DNA from: a virus
Direction: 5' to 3' (one strand)
IMG/VR virus record: IMGVR_UViG_3300019458_000035
DNA length: 64,000 bases
Under the pieces are notes generated by a model. The model saw nothing but the letters and a program-made list of their open reading frames with translations, did not search any database and was not told the DNA's origin. A program made the translations under genes and the position numbers. Positions 54,786-63,800 of the stretch are shown here, in pieces. Positions within the stretch are counted from its first letter, which is position 1. Every line of letters begins with the position of its first letter.

Positions 54786-54974
54786 GTTTGTTTACCTCTT
54801 GGTGATGTATAGTTTCAGAAAACAGTCTCTTATTCAGAGTAATTCTGTATCCTAAACCACCAGCGTGTATTGTGGGAGTGAGAGTTAGAGTGGACATGTG
54901 CACTCGGACACCTAGCTTAGTCATTACTGCCAGTAGATTTCCGAGTGCACGCATTTGCTTTTCGTTGACGAACA

Positions 54975-55679
54975 TTAGTGGTAGAAGTTCGCAGCCGGAA
55001 TGTATCCGCCATTGGCTTGCAGACTCAGGCTTTGAGATCCACCGACTTGGACATAATCAAACCTGAACGCATGTACACCACGACGAAGGAACTTCGAGCC
55101 AGAGCGAGTATTGGTTCCATGAGTTGGAGAAGGATCTGCGATGAGCTTCGAGCCATCGAGATACAACTCTGACCCATCATCGGACGTTAGATCGAACTGA
55201 TAGTAAGCAGTCTCAGTGACCACCACTTGTCCTTGGCAGATAAGTCTCGTGTTGTTGTTCTTGTAAACGCTTTGCATACCAACAGGCAAGATAGCGAGAC
55301 CTACGGACCTATCGCTTTCAGCTTGATAATTGGTTGGCAAATCAAGCAGGAACGATCCAGCAGTGGCGAGAGTAGTGAATGTACTCATGTTCGTGACAGA
55401 GGCGAACGTCTGCAGAGAGCAGCTCAATCCTCGCGTCAACGCTGTTTGTCCGAGCAGGAGACGATAGTCGTTCTCATCTGCTACGAGCAACTCGATATCC
55501 GAAGGTTCGGCAGGAGCAGGAGGACTCACACCAGGTTCACCCTGAGGGCCTTGAGCTCCATCAACACCTGCAACACCTTGCGGACCTTGTGCGCCTGCAG
55601 GTCCAGCGGGACCTTGACCACACGATGCAAACAGAAACAAAGAACAAGCCAAAGCCAACAACGATAGCTTATTATTCAT
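54975..55679 (-). CDS. secreted collagen-like (Gly-X-Y repeat) protein
   Basis: Signal peptide + lipobox-like FASC; 12 Gly-X-Y triplets GPAGPAGAQGPQGVAGVDGAQGPQGEPGVSP; C-terminal globular domain. Confidence 0.6.
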   Translation of the reverse strand: MNNKLSLLALACSLFLFASCGQGPAGPAGAQGPQGVAGVDGAQGPQGEPGVSPPAPAEPSDIELLVADENDYRLLLGQTALTRGLSCSLQTFASVTNMSTFTTLATAGSFLLDLPTNYQAESDRSVGLAILPVGMQSVYKNNNTRLICQGQVVVTETAYYQFDLTSDDGSELYLDGSKLIADPSPTHGTNTRSGSKFLRRGVHAFRFDYVQVGGSQSLSLQANGGYIPAANFYH

Positions 55680-55843
55680 ACTTTTCCTTTTTGTTTAAGA
55701 TACGACGAATTACTTCGCCAAAGAAGACACTCACCAACAGACAGTAACCAAAATAATATAGTAAGATCATATGGTTAGATGGCAGACAGCATTATGCTGA
55801 GCACGCTGCCACCTATGGGATCGCCGTGCCAACGAGTGTTCCC

Positions 55844-56386
55844 TTAGTTCGAGAACTTGGCACGAAGAGCTTCGGGCAGAGCTTCCATGTTGACAGAAGC
55901 ACCCTTCGAAGCCTTGGAAGCGCTGAGCTCAGCGACGCGTGCGTCGATGTAGCCTTGCACTTCGGCTTTCTCTTCAGCCGTGGAACGGGTCTTGAGGAAC
56001 AGACGGAGGTTCTTAAGCTGCTCATCACCAGAACCAACGCGGGAACCAGGATTCTTGGGAGAATACTTGGTGCCACCGTTGAGGCGAGAATCCTTGCGGA
56101 TCCAGTTGCTCTGAAGACCAGAGACGTACGTGCGAAGACCGGCGTCATCGAACTCCTTGTCGAGCTCGATATTGCCAGCACGGAAACCCTCGACGAGGAT
56201 CTCAGTGACCTGCGCACGACGCTCACGCGTCATGTGGGACGACACGGATTCACCTTCGGAAACCGTGATACCAGCTTCGGCGAGAACCGAAGTGATTGCG
56301 CTGTGAACAGCGTCTTTCTGCGATTGCTTAGACATAAAAAGTCTACCTTCCTTAACGTTGATGTACAGACAATTCTGTACATTCAT
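55844..56386 (-). CDS. hypothetical protein, paralog family C (180 aa)
   Basis: ~75% nucleotide identity over long stretches with 62837-63322; shared KDAV..AITSVL, YVSGLQSNWIRKD, KNPGSR.G.GDEQLKNL, TRSTAEEKAEVQ blocks. Confidence 0.5.
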   Translation of the reverse strand: MNVQNCLYINVKEGRLFMSKQSQKDAVHSAITSVLAEAGITVSEGESVSSHMTRERRAQVTEILVEGFRAGNIELDKEFDDAGLRTYVSGLQSNWIRKDSRLNGGTKYSPKNPGSRVGSGDEQLKNLRLFLKTRSTAEEKAEVQGYIDARVAELSASKASKGASVNMEALPEALRAKFSN

Positions 56387-56736
56387 TTGTTTGTTTCAGT
56401 ATCAACAGCCTGAGTCAAACAATCTTCTAAAGCTTTCGTGGCTTCATCGTCCACTATTTTGGAGAGCATCTTGTGGTACTCTCTCACCGAGTCAGATGCA
56501 GCAGGACTTTGGGCATAGCGTGACAACATGTCACGATACTCAACGAACGTACGTTTCGCATAAAACCAATTAGCGGTTTGGTTTTTACGTGCGGCAAGCT
56601 CTTCAGCAGCTCTGTCTTTTTCTAAATGATTAGTGTTATAGCGAGAACGTAAGTCAATATACTTCTCAAGATATGCAGCTCTATCCAACATCTTGCAGAT
56701 GGTAATCCACACGTCAGGTACTTGTTCATCGCGCAT
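56383..56736 (-). CDS. hypothetical protein (117 aa)
   Basis: ORF. Confidence 0.4.
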   Translation of the reverse strand: MRDEQVPDVWITICKMLDRAAYLEKYIDLRSRYNTNHLEKDRAAEELAARKNQTANWFYAKRTFVEYRDMLSRYAQSPAASDSVREYHKMLSKIVDDEATKALEDCLTQAVDTETNK

Positions 56737-56762
56737 ATAATAGATTATACGAATTCAAAAAT

Positions 56763-57134
56763 CTACTTCTTCTCGTTGCTGTCGCCCAAGATACCTCTGC
56801 GAGCAAGCTCCATCTCAACAACATGAAGAGTATCAGCGCGACGCCTATATTTACCAGCGTTATGGGCTATAAGGATCTCTTCTAAATCCTTAGAAGGAAG
56901 TTTGGTGAGTTCTTCCTTATATAACTCAGATACTTCATCTTGCTCTTCAGGTGAGAGATCGCTGTTGATCATGTAGGCAATACGCTTAGCGAACCCTTGT
57001 TGGGAATTGTCCCACCTACCCTTTGATGTTAGGTATTCCTCCTTAACCCTCTGATATATCTCAGTAGTTAAGGTCTTGGTGCGCTGAACGAGTTTCTCAG
57101 TCGCTCTTCGTTTCTTTTGAATCATCTCGGACAT
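56763..57134 (-). CDS. hypothetical protein (start trimmed to internal Met)
   Basis: The 56763-57275 track ORF overlaps next gene by 178 nt; internal MSEMIQKK start reduces overlap. Confidence 0.3.
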   Translation of the reverse strand: MSEMIQKKRRATEKLVQRTKTLTTEIYQRVKEEYLTSKGRWDNSQQGFAKRIAYMINSDLSPEEQDEVSELYKEELTKLPSKDLEEILIAHNAGKYRRRADTLHVVEMELARRGILGDSNEKK

Positions 57135-57522
57135 AGTGCTTCCTTTTATCCTTGGAATAGAATCGGGCAAATGGAGTCTTAAAGAAATATCCATAAGCAT
57201 CTGAGTCATCAAAGTGAAGATCGATGTTATGCTTGAGACAGTATTCACCCTTAGTTTTGTCCCAAAGGTACTCATTCAGGAATGGGTTTCCCTTGGCATC
57301 GAAAGTCATCGGAGTTCCAATCTCTTGATGATACGATGCGATACTGAATAGATGAGTGTAACTCAGGTCATACTTCTTAATCTCAGCGTATAACCTCTCA
57401 CCAAGGAATGGTCCGGTGATGATATGAACCTCATGCCCGTTGTCTACAAGCATCTTAGTGAACTCTTTGAAGAACTCAGGTCTATCAGTTACAACTCCAT
57501 GTAAATCAATGCCGATCTTCAT
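57097..57522 (-). CDS. hypothetical protein, possible HAD-like fold
   Basis: MKIGIDLHGVVTD N-terminus resembles HAD motif I with His substitution; weak. Confidence 0.35.
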   Translation of the reverse strand: MKIGIDLHGVVTDRPEFFKEFTKMLVDNGHEVHIITGPFLGERLYAEIKKYDLSYTHLFSIASYHQEIGTPMTFDAKGNPFLNEYLWDKTKGEYCLKHNIDLHFDDSDAYGYFFKTPFARFYSKDKRKHYVRDDSKETKSD

Positions 57523-57913
57523 TCTTCTTTCTCCTCAGTCGAGATACGAAGTACTCGTAATACCCATTCTTAAACTTTGCGCCCATCATCGTCCCATATC
57601 TACCATAATGGAATGTGTATGCTTTAGTGATGACTCCAATTCCCTCATCAGGACATCCGATAACTTCTACTTCATCCCCGACCCGAAGACAATCCACAGG
57701 ATCACATTTGCCACTAGGGTTAGGGGGAATATCACGAAAACAAACAGTGCAGCGAAAACTGCTATACAGACTAGGGTCGAAACGAACCTCATAACGCGGT
57801 TCATAAACTTCAAGCTTTCTAACGAGACTTTCGATAATAGAGCGATAGTGCTCTAATGTCCTATCCTCGTCCGACATAAAAGATATCTTTGGAGGAACAA
57901 AGTCGTCGCTCAT
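57506..57913 (-). CDS. hypothetical Cys-rich protein (135 aa)
   Basis: ORF. Confidence 0.4.
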   Translation of the reverse strand: MSDDFVPPKISFMSDEDRTLEHYRSIIESLVRKLEVYEPRYEVRFDPSLYSSFRCTVCFRDIPPNPSGKCDPVDCLRVGDEVEVIGCPDEGIGVITKAYTFHYGRYGTMMGAKFKNGYYEYFVSRLRRKKNEDRH

Positions 57914-57921
57914 TAAACCCT

Positions 57922-58245
57922 CTATTCTTGCTCCTCAATGATTGAATCAGGATCTTCACCGAGAAGCATGTAATCAATCTGTCGATCAGTGTGCCATTGC
58001 TGGAACTCTTTTTGAATCGAGCCTTGGATGTATGTTAGATTACCATCTTTCGACTTCATGTATAGGTTCACGTCGCCATTCTTTTCTTTAATAGCTTTGA
58101 TGCGACCAAATGAGTCGTTAGAGGAGCTGGTTCCTCTAATCCACTCTGGTGCCCACCAATAATGAACTCCACGTTTACTTACGTGATCTTGATCTCGGTA
58201 GGGCTTTTGAATCACTTCTTTTGCGGGTGACTTTCTTTTTGCCAT
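57922..58245 (-). CDS. hypothetical protein (107 aa)
   Basis: ORF. Confidence 0.4.
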   Translation of the reverse strand: MAKRKSPAKEVIQKPYRDQDHVSKRGVHYWWAPEWIRGTSSSNDSFGRIKAIKEKNGDVNLYMKSKDGNLTYIQGSIQKEFQQWHTDRQIDYMLLGEDPDSIIEEQE

Positions 58246-58471
58246 CGTTTCCTCCTAAAACAAAATATTCGAACATCCAATGTTCATATGCCTTAGTTGC
58301 TCTATTGGCACAGATCAACCAAAGTCCTCTGTCGGTTTCCCACTGTAAAGTCTTATTAGTGTATGAGATCTTACTAATATGACCCGCAACAGCGCATAAC
58401 ATTTCTTTAAACCAATAGCAAAGACCAGCTTCAATATAATCTGGCTCTCTGCTTGGCAACTTCGGCTTCAT
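58175..58471 (-). CDS. hypothetical protein (98 aa)
   Basis: ORF; overlaps neighbour by 71 nt. Confidence 0.3.
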   Translation of the reverse strand: MKPKLPSREPDYIEAGLCYWFKEMLCAVAGHISKISYTNKTLQWETDRGLWLICANRATKAYEHWMFEYFVLGGNDGKKKVTRKRSDSKALPRSRSRK

Positions 58472-58667
58472 GTATTTGACCTCTCAGAACCCTATCTGCA
58501 TTAGATTTTAGATATCTAGTCCGTAAATGGTAGTCATCCACTATCTCATCAACCTGTCTTTGACTGATAACTTTTAAAACTCTAAGTATCTCTAGCAGAT
58601 GACCTAATGAAAACTCCATTCTGTTGGACATTTTCATTAGGTCGATCTGATTATATGGAGGTTTCAC
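58431..58667 (-). CDS. hypothetical protein (78 aa)
   Basis: ORF. Confidence 0.3.
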   Translation of the reverse strand: MKPPYNQIDLMKMSNRMEFSLGHLLEILRVLKVISQRQVDEIVDDYHLRTRYLKSNADRVLRGQIHEAEVAKQRARLY

Positions 58668-59004
58668 GTTCCCACCTAATTCCGTCGATGGACTTATAGT
58701 TCATCTTAGTGAGAGCAGACTGCATCTTCTGCCTCGCAGAGGAATTAGAGGTGAGGAGATTAACAACCTTTGGATACTGAGAATTCATGAATGCAGCTTC
58801 AATAAGCACGAGCACATCGTATCCTTCGTATGGCTTACCAGTAAGAGAATACTGTTGCTCAACAGCTCCAATATCATTGTCAAGGTGTAGTTCATCCCAC
58901 GGACCCATTTTGCAGAGTGCATCGACTCCATCTTTATAGGTTCGTGCCACCACATTAGCGTAGTCACAAGCGCGGACATCATCAATTGCTAGAATTTTCT
59001 TCAT
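58651..59004 (-). CDS. hypothetical protein (117 aa)
   Basis: ORF. Confidence 0.4.
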   Translation of the reverse strand: MKKILAIDDVRACDYANVVARTYKDGVDALCKMGPWDELHLDNDIGAVEQQYSLTGKPYEGYDVLVLIEAAFMNSQYPKVVNLLTSNSSARQKMQSALTKMNYKSIDGIRWERETSI

Positions 59005-59323
59005 AAAATCCGTTCATTCTCTTTACTGCAAGAGATGCCAAGAACTTATCTTTCCTCTTCTTAATAACCTCATCTATGTGTCGAACATAATTAGGTATTG
59101 AAGGAATTGTCCATTCTTGTTTTGTTACCCTTAATTTATACAAAAGGATCTGTAATCGGTGTAATGCCATCTGTTTGTTCATGAAGTCATCTGATGCTTG
59201 CTTAGAAGCTGCGCAAGTGTGATAATCGCCATTAGGCATGATGAGGTATCGATATTTTCCATCGACCTCCCATGTCATATTCTTAGCATCACAGTACTTG
59301 CATTTAGCTTCAATCTTAGTCAA
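58982..59323 (-). CDS. hypothetical Cys-containing protein (113 aa)
   Basis: ORF. Confidence 0.4.
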   Translation of the reverse strand: MTKIEAKCKYCDAKNMTWEVDGKYRYLIMPNGDYHTCAASKQASDDFMNKQMALHRLQILLYKLRVTKQEWTIPSIPNYVRHIDEVIKKRKDKFLASLAVKRMNGFYEENSSN

Positions 59324-59726
59324 GCAAAGCTCTTTCCATCACTGCATTCTTCACTGCTGTGATGAATTCTTCAGCTCCACTCTCCTGAGAGTGACTAAAC
59401 GAAATCACCTTATATGCTTGTCTATTGCGATCAGTGACTGCAGTACATAGAACGTCGTCGATCACAACAGCAATGTGGATCGGTGAAGTTGGGATCCAGT
59501 CTGTACTGTGGAATGCAAGAATATCGTATCCTTGGTGATTACCAATGTGCCATACAGTAAGAATCTGAGCAGGTTTGTCTTGCTCTCTACGTTCTTTCCT
59601 AAACTCGAAGTCCAAAATAGATACGTTGCGTGGCCTATCTGGCCACAATCCACCATTCTCTGCTATCCATTGACCAACGATATTAGAACACCTGATCGCT
59701 CTTGGTAGGTCTTGTGGGTTGATCAT
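59316..59726 (-). CDS. hypothetical protein (136 aa)
   Basis: ORF. Confidence 0.4.
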   Translation of the reverse strand: MINPQDLPRAIRCSNIVGQWIAENGGLWPDRPRNVSILDFEFRKERREQDKPAQILTVWHIGNHQGYDILAFHSTDWIPTSPIHIAVVIDDVLCTAVTDRNRQAYKVISFSHSQESGAEEFITAVKNAVMERALLD

Positions 59727-60034
59727 GTAGGTCTCTTAGGTTTAAACATATTAGGCCACAACTGCTTACGATAACGAAATAGATGCTGTGACTTCATTTG
59801 CGGAGACATTTGAGTCTCAGGAATAGCGTTGATTCGTTCCTTCTCACGAGCGTATGCCTCTTTTAAGCCCTTGTTGTGAGCTTCGCGTTCGGCTTTTACT
59901 CTTGCCATGCGAACTTCACATGCGTGAGGCAAACCATGAGGTTCGTTAAGAACCCAGCGACCGTTCTCTTGAGTCCAATGCAGATCCTCCATTTCGCAGT
60001 CTCTGCATTTAGTGAACTTAATTCCGCTGCTCAT
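59723..60034 (-). CDS. hypothetical zinc-ribbon-like protein (103 aa)
   Basis: CRDCEMEDLHW...HAC. Confidence 0.4.
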   Translation of the reverse strand: MSSGIKFTKCRDCEMEDLHWTQENGRWVLNEPHGLPHACEVRMARVKAEREAHNKGLKEAYAREKERINAIPETQMSPQMKSQHLFRYRKQLWPNMFKPKRPT

Positions 60035-60374
60035 CGTTGTCTCCTAGGAGGATAGAATCTGGTGTAATTACAGTGACTTCGAATGTAGCATCGATGTATT
60101 CGCCATTCACCAACTCATGACCCAATGACTTCTCAATCATGGATGCAGTTTGATCATCGAGATACCTGATCTGCCTTCCCTCTTTGCGATCTCTAAGATC
60201 TTTAAACTCTTGACGCGAATAGTCAAGCTCCACATGATTTGTTTCGCAGTTGTCGCAATAATATGTGTTCAACTCAGTCTTAAATGGTAACAAAGTCCAA
60301 CAGACCATCTCTTCACAGCAATCGTCATACATCGTATCTTGGCGATATGCAAAACCCTGATAAGTGAACTTCAT
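60018..60374 (-). CDS. hypothetical Cys-rich protein (118 aa)
   Basis: ORF. Confidence 0.4.
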   Translation of the reverse strand: MKFTYQGFAYRQDTMYDDCCEEMVCWTLLPFKTELNTYYCDNCETNHVELDYSRQEFKDLRDRKEGRQIRYLDDQTASMIEKSLGHELVNGEYIDATFEVTVITPDSILLGDNDEQRN

Positions 60375-60661
60375 TGTGCCTCCAGTTTAAAGGACGAAAG
60401 GTCCATTTCGCTTGGCAATATCAACTTACCCAACACAACGTACATGCAAGGCATCTGTCTGCGATCCTCTCTACTCAACTTCTTACCTCTCAGCATAAAG
60501 TGATCAGAGACAGTCTTGCCTAATCTTTGATGACAATCGTGACAAGTGAGCTCACGATCTATAGCATACTCAAACTCGAATAGGTCGAAGTTAAACCCAT
60601 GTTGGGTAAACACTGACCTAAGGTATTCTAATTCTTCTGGTTTTGCTTTATATCGCATCAT
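60371..60661 (-). CDS. hypothetical protein (96 aa)
   Basis: ORF with 4-nt coupled overlaps both sides. Confidence 0.4.
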   Translation of the reverse strand: MMRYKAKPEELEYLRSVFTQHGFNFDLFEFEYAIDRELTCHDCHQRLGKTVSDHFMLRGKKLSREDRRQMPCMYVVLGKLILPSEMDLSSFKLEAQ

Positions 60662-61242
60662 TCTTCACTTCCTTCATATGACCACGTGTGATGCGATGCT
60701 TCCATCCACGCAGGATCTGGGGTAACCGTTGAACACCAGGTGCGTTTGCCTGCCTTAATTTCAATATCTGCTCTTATGAGGATATATGCTTTGTATGCTC
60801 TCCAATAGCCATATCTTGGTCCATACTTCTTGACGTATTCAATTAGGGACAATGATTTCGTTCGCTTGCGTCTTGTGACTCCATCCTCTACCCTCCCTAT
60901 ATAATCTGTGACGAACTTATTAAGTTGATCCACTGTATCTTGGTAGCTCACCCACTTAATCGGAGGGAAGAAGATCCTTGGGTTAGCACTCTCAACTCTG
61001 AGTGCTTGGAGCGTCAACAGGAGCTTCCCTAACGACTGAGCTTTAGGATTATTTGTTGGGTCCATCTTCCACCCGCTGAACAAAGTCTTTGATAGTGGAT
61101 TGCAAAGATAAAAACCTAGCGAATCCAATAGGACCAAAGTCCTCACGTACGCATTTGAACTTAAGTTTAAGCAAGAAGTGTAATAAGCGAGCAGTGACCT
61201 GAAGACCATCTGCATGTCTTCGTTCAAGAATGTGCTTATCAT
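60658..61242 (-). CDS. hypothetical protein (194 aa)
   Basis: ORF. Confidence 0.45.
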   Translation of the reverse strand: MISTFLNEDMQMVFRSLLAYYTSCLNLSSNAYVRTLVLLDSLGFYLCNPLSKTLFSGWKMDPTNNPKAQSLGKLLLTLQALRVESANPRIFFPPIKWVSYQDTVDQLNKFVTDYIGRVEDGVTRRKRTKSLSLIEYVKKYGPRYGYWRAYKAYILIRADIEIKAGKRTWCSTVTPDPAWMEASHHTWSYEGSEE

Positions 61243-61381
61243 GAACGTTCGGATCGATTGGGTTGGTTGCCAAGATGCTCCGAGTGAACATCAACTTTAC
61301 GCTATAACGATCGACCATGGACGACTTATTATTTACTTGTTTACTCATACCTTCTCCTTTGGTTTGTTTAGATTTGTCTGC

Positions 61382-61612
61382 TTAGATCTTGTTAAGTTCG
61401 ACCTTCAGTTCGTAGATATCAAGTTCCGGAAACATTTTCTGATATCTTTGCGCTTCTTCCAGGCTAGTCCATATGTGAGCTTCAGAAAATGTTTCCGGCG
61501 CCCATGGATAACCACCTGAGTTATAGTCTATAGCTACAAACTTGTCTTTGTAGCTAGTATGATTTCCTGTTCCTTTTCTTTCCGACCACTTCATTATGTA
61601 CATTAGACTCAC
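61382..61612 (-). CDS. hypothetical protein (76 aa)
   Basis: ORF. Confidence 0.35.
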   Translation of the reverse strand: MSLMYIMKWSERKGTGNHTSYKDKFVAIDYNSGGYPWAPETFSEAHIWTSLEEAQRYQKMFPELDIYELKVELNKI

Positions 61613-61626
61613 CTTTCGATAAAAGG

Positions 61627-62043
61627 TTAGAACGACAGGCCAACACCAGCGTGATACTGAGTGGCCGACAATGAACCAGCTGCATGATAAAGAATCCCAC
61701 CGATCACCTGTAGCTTGGGATTCAGATTATATCCAGTATTGATCTTTAGTGCAGCATCCGCTCCTTTCCATAAATCCAGCCCAACTCCAACTTCCGTAAA
61801 TAGCTTCTCGTTGATATTGAAGCCACCAAGTGCTCCAACGTTGAGTGTCAGCTTGTTCTCCGCCTTGTTTGTACGGATCGGCATGAATCCCAGTTGGCCC
61901 ATCGCGTAGAACTTATCCAAGTTCAGCTTAGGGTTCCAAGACGCCGCTGCAGTCAACAGCCCGCCATTAGTCTGCGTGATGTACACTGCCGAAAACCGAA
62001 ATCGTCGACGATCCCTATCGATGTCTTCCTCATCTCTACTCAT
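61627..62043 (-). CDS. hypothetical protein, possible beta-barrel (ends ...GVGLSF)
   Basis: Alternating hydrophobic pattern and C-terminal Phe; weak. Confidence 0.35.
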   Translation of the reverse strand: MSRDEEDIDRDRRRFRFSAVYITQTNGGLLTAAASWNPKLNLDKFYAMGQLGFMPIRTNKAENKLTLNVGALGGFNINEKLFTEVGVGLDLWKGADAALKINTGYNLNPKLQVIGGILYHAAGSLSATQYHAGVGLSF

Positions 62044-62372
62044 GCATCATCTCCTAGAGGGAATAACCCTCTATCCCAATGCCAAACCTTACCTCTACGA
62101 GCCCTATCCTGACGAATAAGTAGGCCTATCGTATAGGCCACACCTTCAGCCAGATACCACCCCACTGCGATGCAACCTGGACATATACCCTCTATATGTC
62201 CTATATTGTAGTAATACTCACCCGACTCTACCTTATTTGCCACGTTATTCAGCAGGTCTTCCCTACCCTCTCTAGCTACTATTAGGGCCTTTCCAGCATC
62301 TGCCACAGGACACCAGGGGAATCCGTAACTTGTTGAATTTGCTAGAACACACTGACGAATAGGATGGGCCAT
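62040..62372 (-). CDS. hypothetical protein (110 aa)
   Basis: ORF. Confidence 0.4.
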   Translation of the reverse strand: MAHPIRQCVLANSTSYGFPWCPVADAGKALIVAREGREDLLNNVANKVESGEYYYNIGHIEGICPGCIAVGWYLAEGVAYTIGLLIRQDRARRGKVWHWDRGLFPLGDDA

Positions 62373-62417
62373 GGCACGCCTCTCCGAGGGTCTTGCTTCT
62401 CCCCTCTCCTATTCCGG

Positions 62418-62681
62418 TCAGTCGTAGAAGTGCTCTCCTGCATGATCTCCTACGGCAAAATTCATATTCTCTAGAAGGACTCGGATATTGTTTAGATCTG
62501 CATCATCTCCTCTTCCTTCGGATAGTTCTTTTAAGGAATGTTCTGCTATGGGGAGATTGTTGACGATTATCTTAAGGTGATGCAGGAGGACTTTTGAGGC
62601 CAGGATGGTTAGTTCCGTCTTGGGCTCTGCGTTGGCTTCGGCCATCTGTTGGGCGAGGATAGACATTTCGACTTCGTTCAT
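62418..62681 (-). CDS. hypothetical protein (87 aa)
   Basis: ORF; 17-nt repeat 56 nt upstream. Confidence 0.35.
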   Translation of the reverse strand: MNEVEMSILAQQMAEANAEPKTELTILASKVLLHHLKIIVNNLPIAEHSLKELSEGRGDDADLNNIRVLLENMNFAVGDHAGEHFYD

Positions 62682-62736
62682 ATTGTGGACACACCTTTCC
62701 GTTGATGGTATTGGTTCGGGACAGGGTAGGGGGAGT

Positions 62737-62753
62737 GGCGTAGCAGTGTCAGT
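62737..62753. repeat. 17-nt exact repeat GGCGTAGCAGTGTCAGT, copy 2
   Basis: Exact match to copies 1 and 3. Confidence 0.8.
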
Positions 62754-62836
62754 ATATAGGCGTAGGAGATAAGGGAAAGGCCCAACCCAGGTTTCTCCAG
62801 GTTGGGCCAGTTGGAGATGCGACTTACGGACTTGAG

Positions 62837-63322
62837 TTACTCGGTGATGCCGAACTTCTCGCGAAGCGAGGCAGGGAGAACCGAGGTGTTGACGGCGACC
62901 TTGGAGGCTTTGAGAGCTGCGAGCTCAGCGACTCGGGCGTCGATGTAGCTCTGGACTTCAGCTTTCTCCTCGGCGGTCGAGCGAGTGGCGAGGAAGAGCT
63001 TCAGGTTCTTGAGTTGTTCATCGCCTTGGCCAGCACGACTTCCCGGGTTCTTGGGTTCGTACTTGGTGTTGCCGTTGAACCGAGGATCTTTGCGAATCCA
63101 GTTCGACTGCAGACCAGAGACGTACTCCTTGAGTTCCTCGTCGGTGAAGGACTTGGTGAGGTCGATTTTGCCCGCTCGGAAACCTTCGAAGAGGATCGCG
63201 TTCACCTGAGTGCGACGCTCCTTGGTCATCTCGGCGGAGATGTTCATCCCATCTTCGAAGTGGACGTTGGCGGAGTCGAGGACGGAAGTGATTGCCATGT
63301 AGACTGCGTCTTTCTGCTTCAT
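62837..63322 (-). CDS. hypothetical protein, paralog family C (161 aa)
   Basis: See 55844-56386. Confidence 0.5.
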   Translation of the reverse strand: MKQKDAVYMAITSVLDSANVHFEDGMNISAEMTKERRTQVNAILFEGFRAGKIDLTKSFTDEELKEYVSGLQSNWIRKDPRFNGNTKYEPKNPGSRAGQGDEQLKNLKLFLATRSTAEEKAEVQSYIDARVAELAALKASKVAVNTSVLPASLREKFGITE

Positions 63323-63438
63323 AGTATTCCTTTGTTTGTTTGGTTATAGTTGATGATTGTTTCAGTATCATCGACTTGTCACTGTCGTTCAGTGATGACT
63401 ACATATAGTATCGGGAACTGTTAAGTGCCGAGGTGGGT

Positions 63439-63455
63439 GGCGTAGCAGTGTCAGT
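63439..63455. repeat. 17-nt exact repeat GGCGTAGCAGTGTCAGT, copy 3
   Basis: Exact match; flanked by GGTGGG on both sides. Confidence 0.8.
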
Positions 63456-63515
63456 CGCCTGGTGGGCGCTGACCTACTGCTTAGTAACGGAAGTCGTGAC
63501 CTTTAACGAAATGAT

Positions 63516-63800
63516 CTACGTATTTGTCACAGCGGCCTTACGGAGGATAACTCGTGGCTTCATCGGCGGTACCTTCATAAAGGTAGAGATGCGAATGAGG
63601 TATACTTTCTCGTTCTTGTGGAGCTTCATTGTATCCTTGTGGTGTTGGACAAACCAAGACCAAGTGAGGATACCCAACGTCTTACCAGTCTCGATATCCC
63701 TTACAACCATCGGTAACCTATCCTTTGACCACTCAATGATCTGGTCCCTGTTGAGCGAGATCGTATTCTCATAGTGAGTCCGAATTGTGCGGCATTGCAT
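63516..63800 (-). CDS. hypothetical protein (94 aa)
   Basis: Variant motif GCTGAAACTA + RBS GAGGTG upstream. Confidence 0.4.
   Translation of the reverse strand: MQCRTIRTHYENTISLNRDQIIEWSKDRLPMVVRDIETGKTLGILTWSWFVQHHKDTMKLHKNEKVYLIRISTFMKVPPMKPRVILRKAAVTNT

Noticed and set aside
53643-63455. CRISPR array
   Set aside because: The only exact repeats (17 nt, three copies) are 9 kb and 0.7 kb apart with no regular spacing. No cas genes are present.
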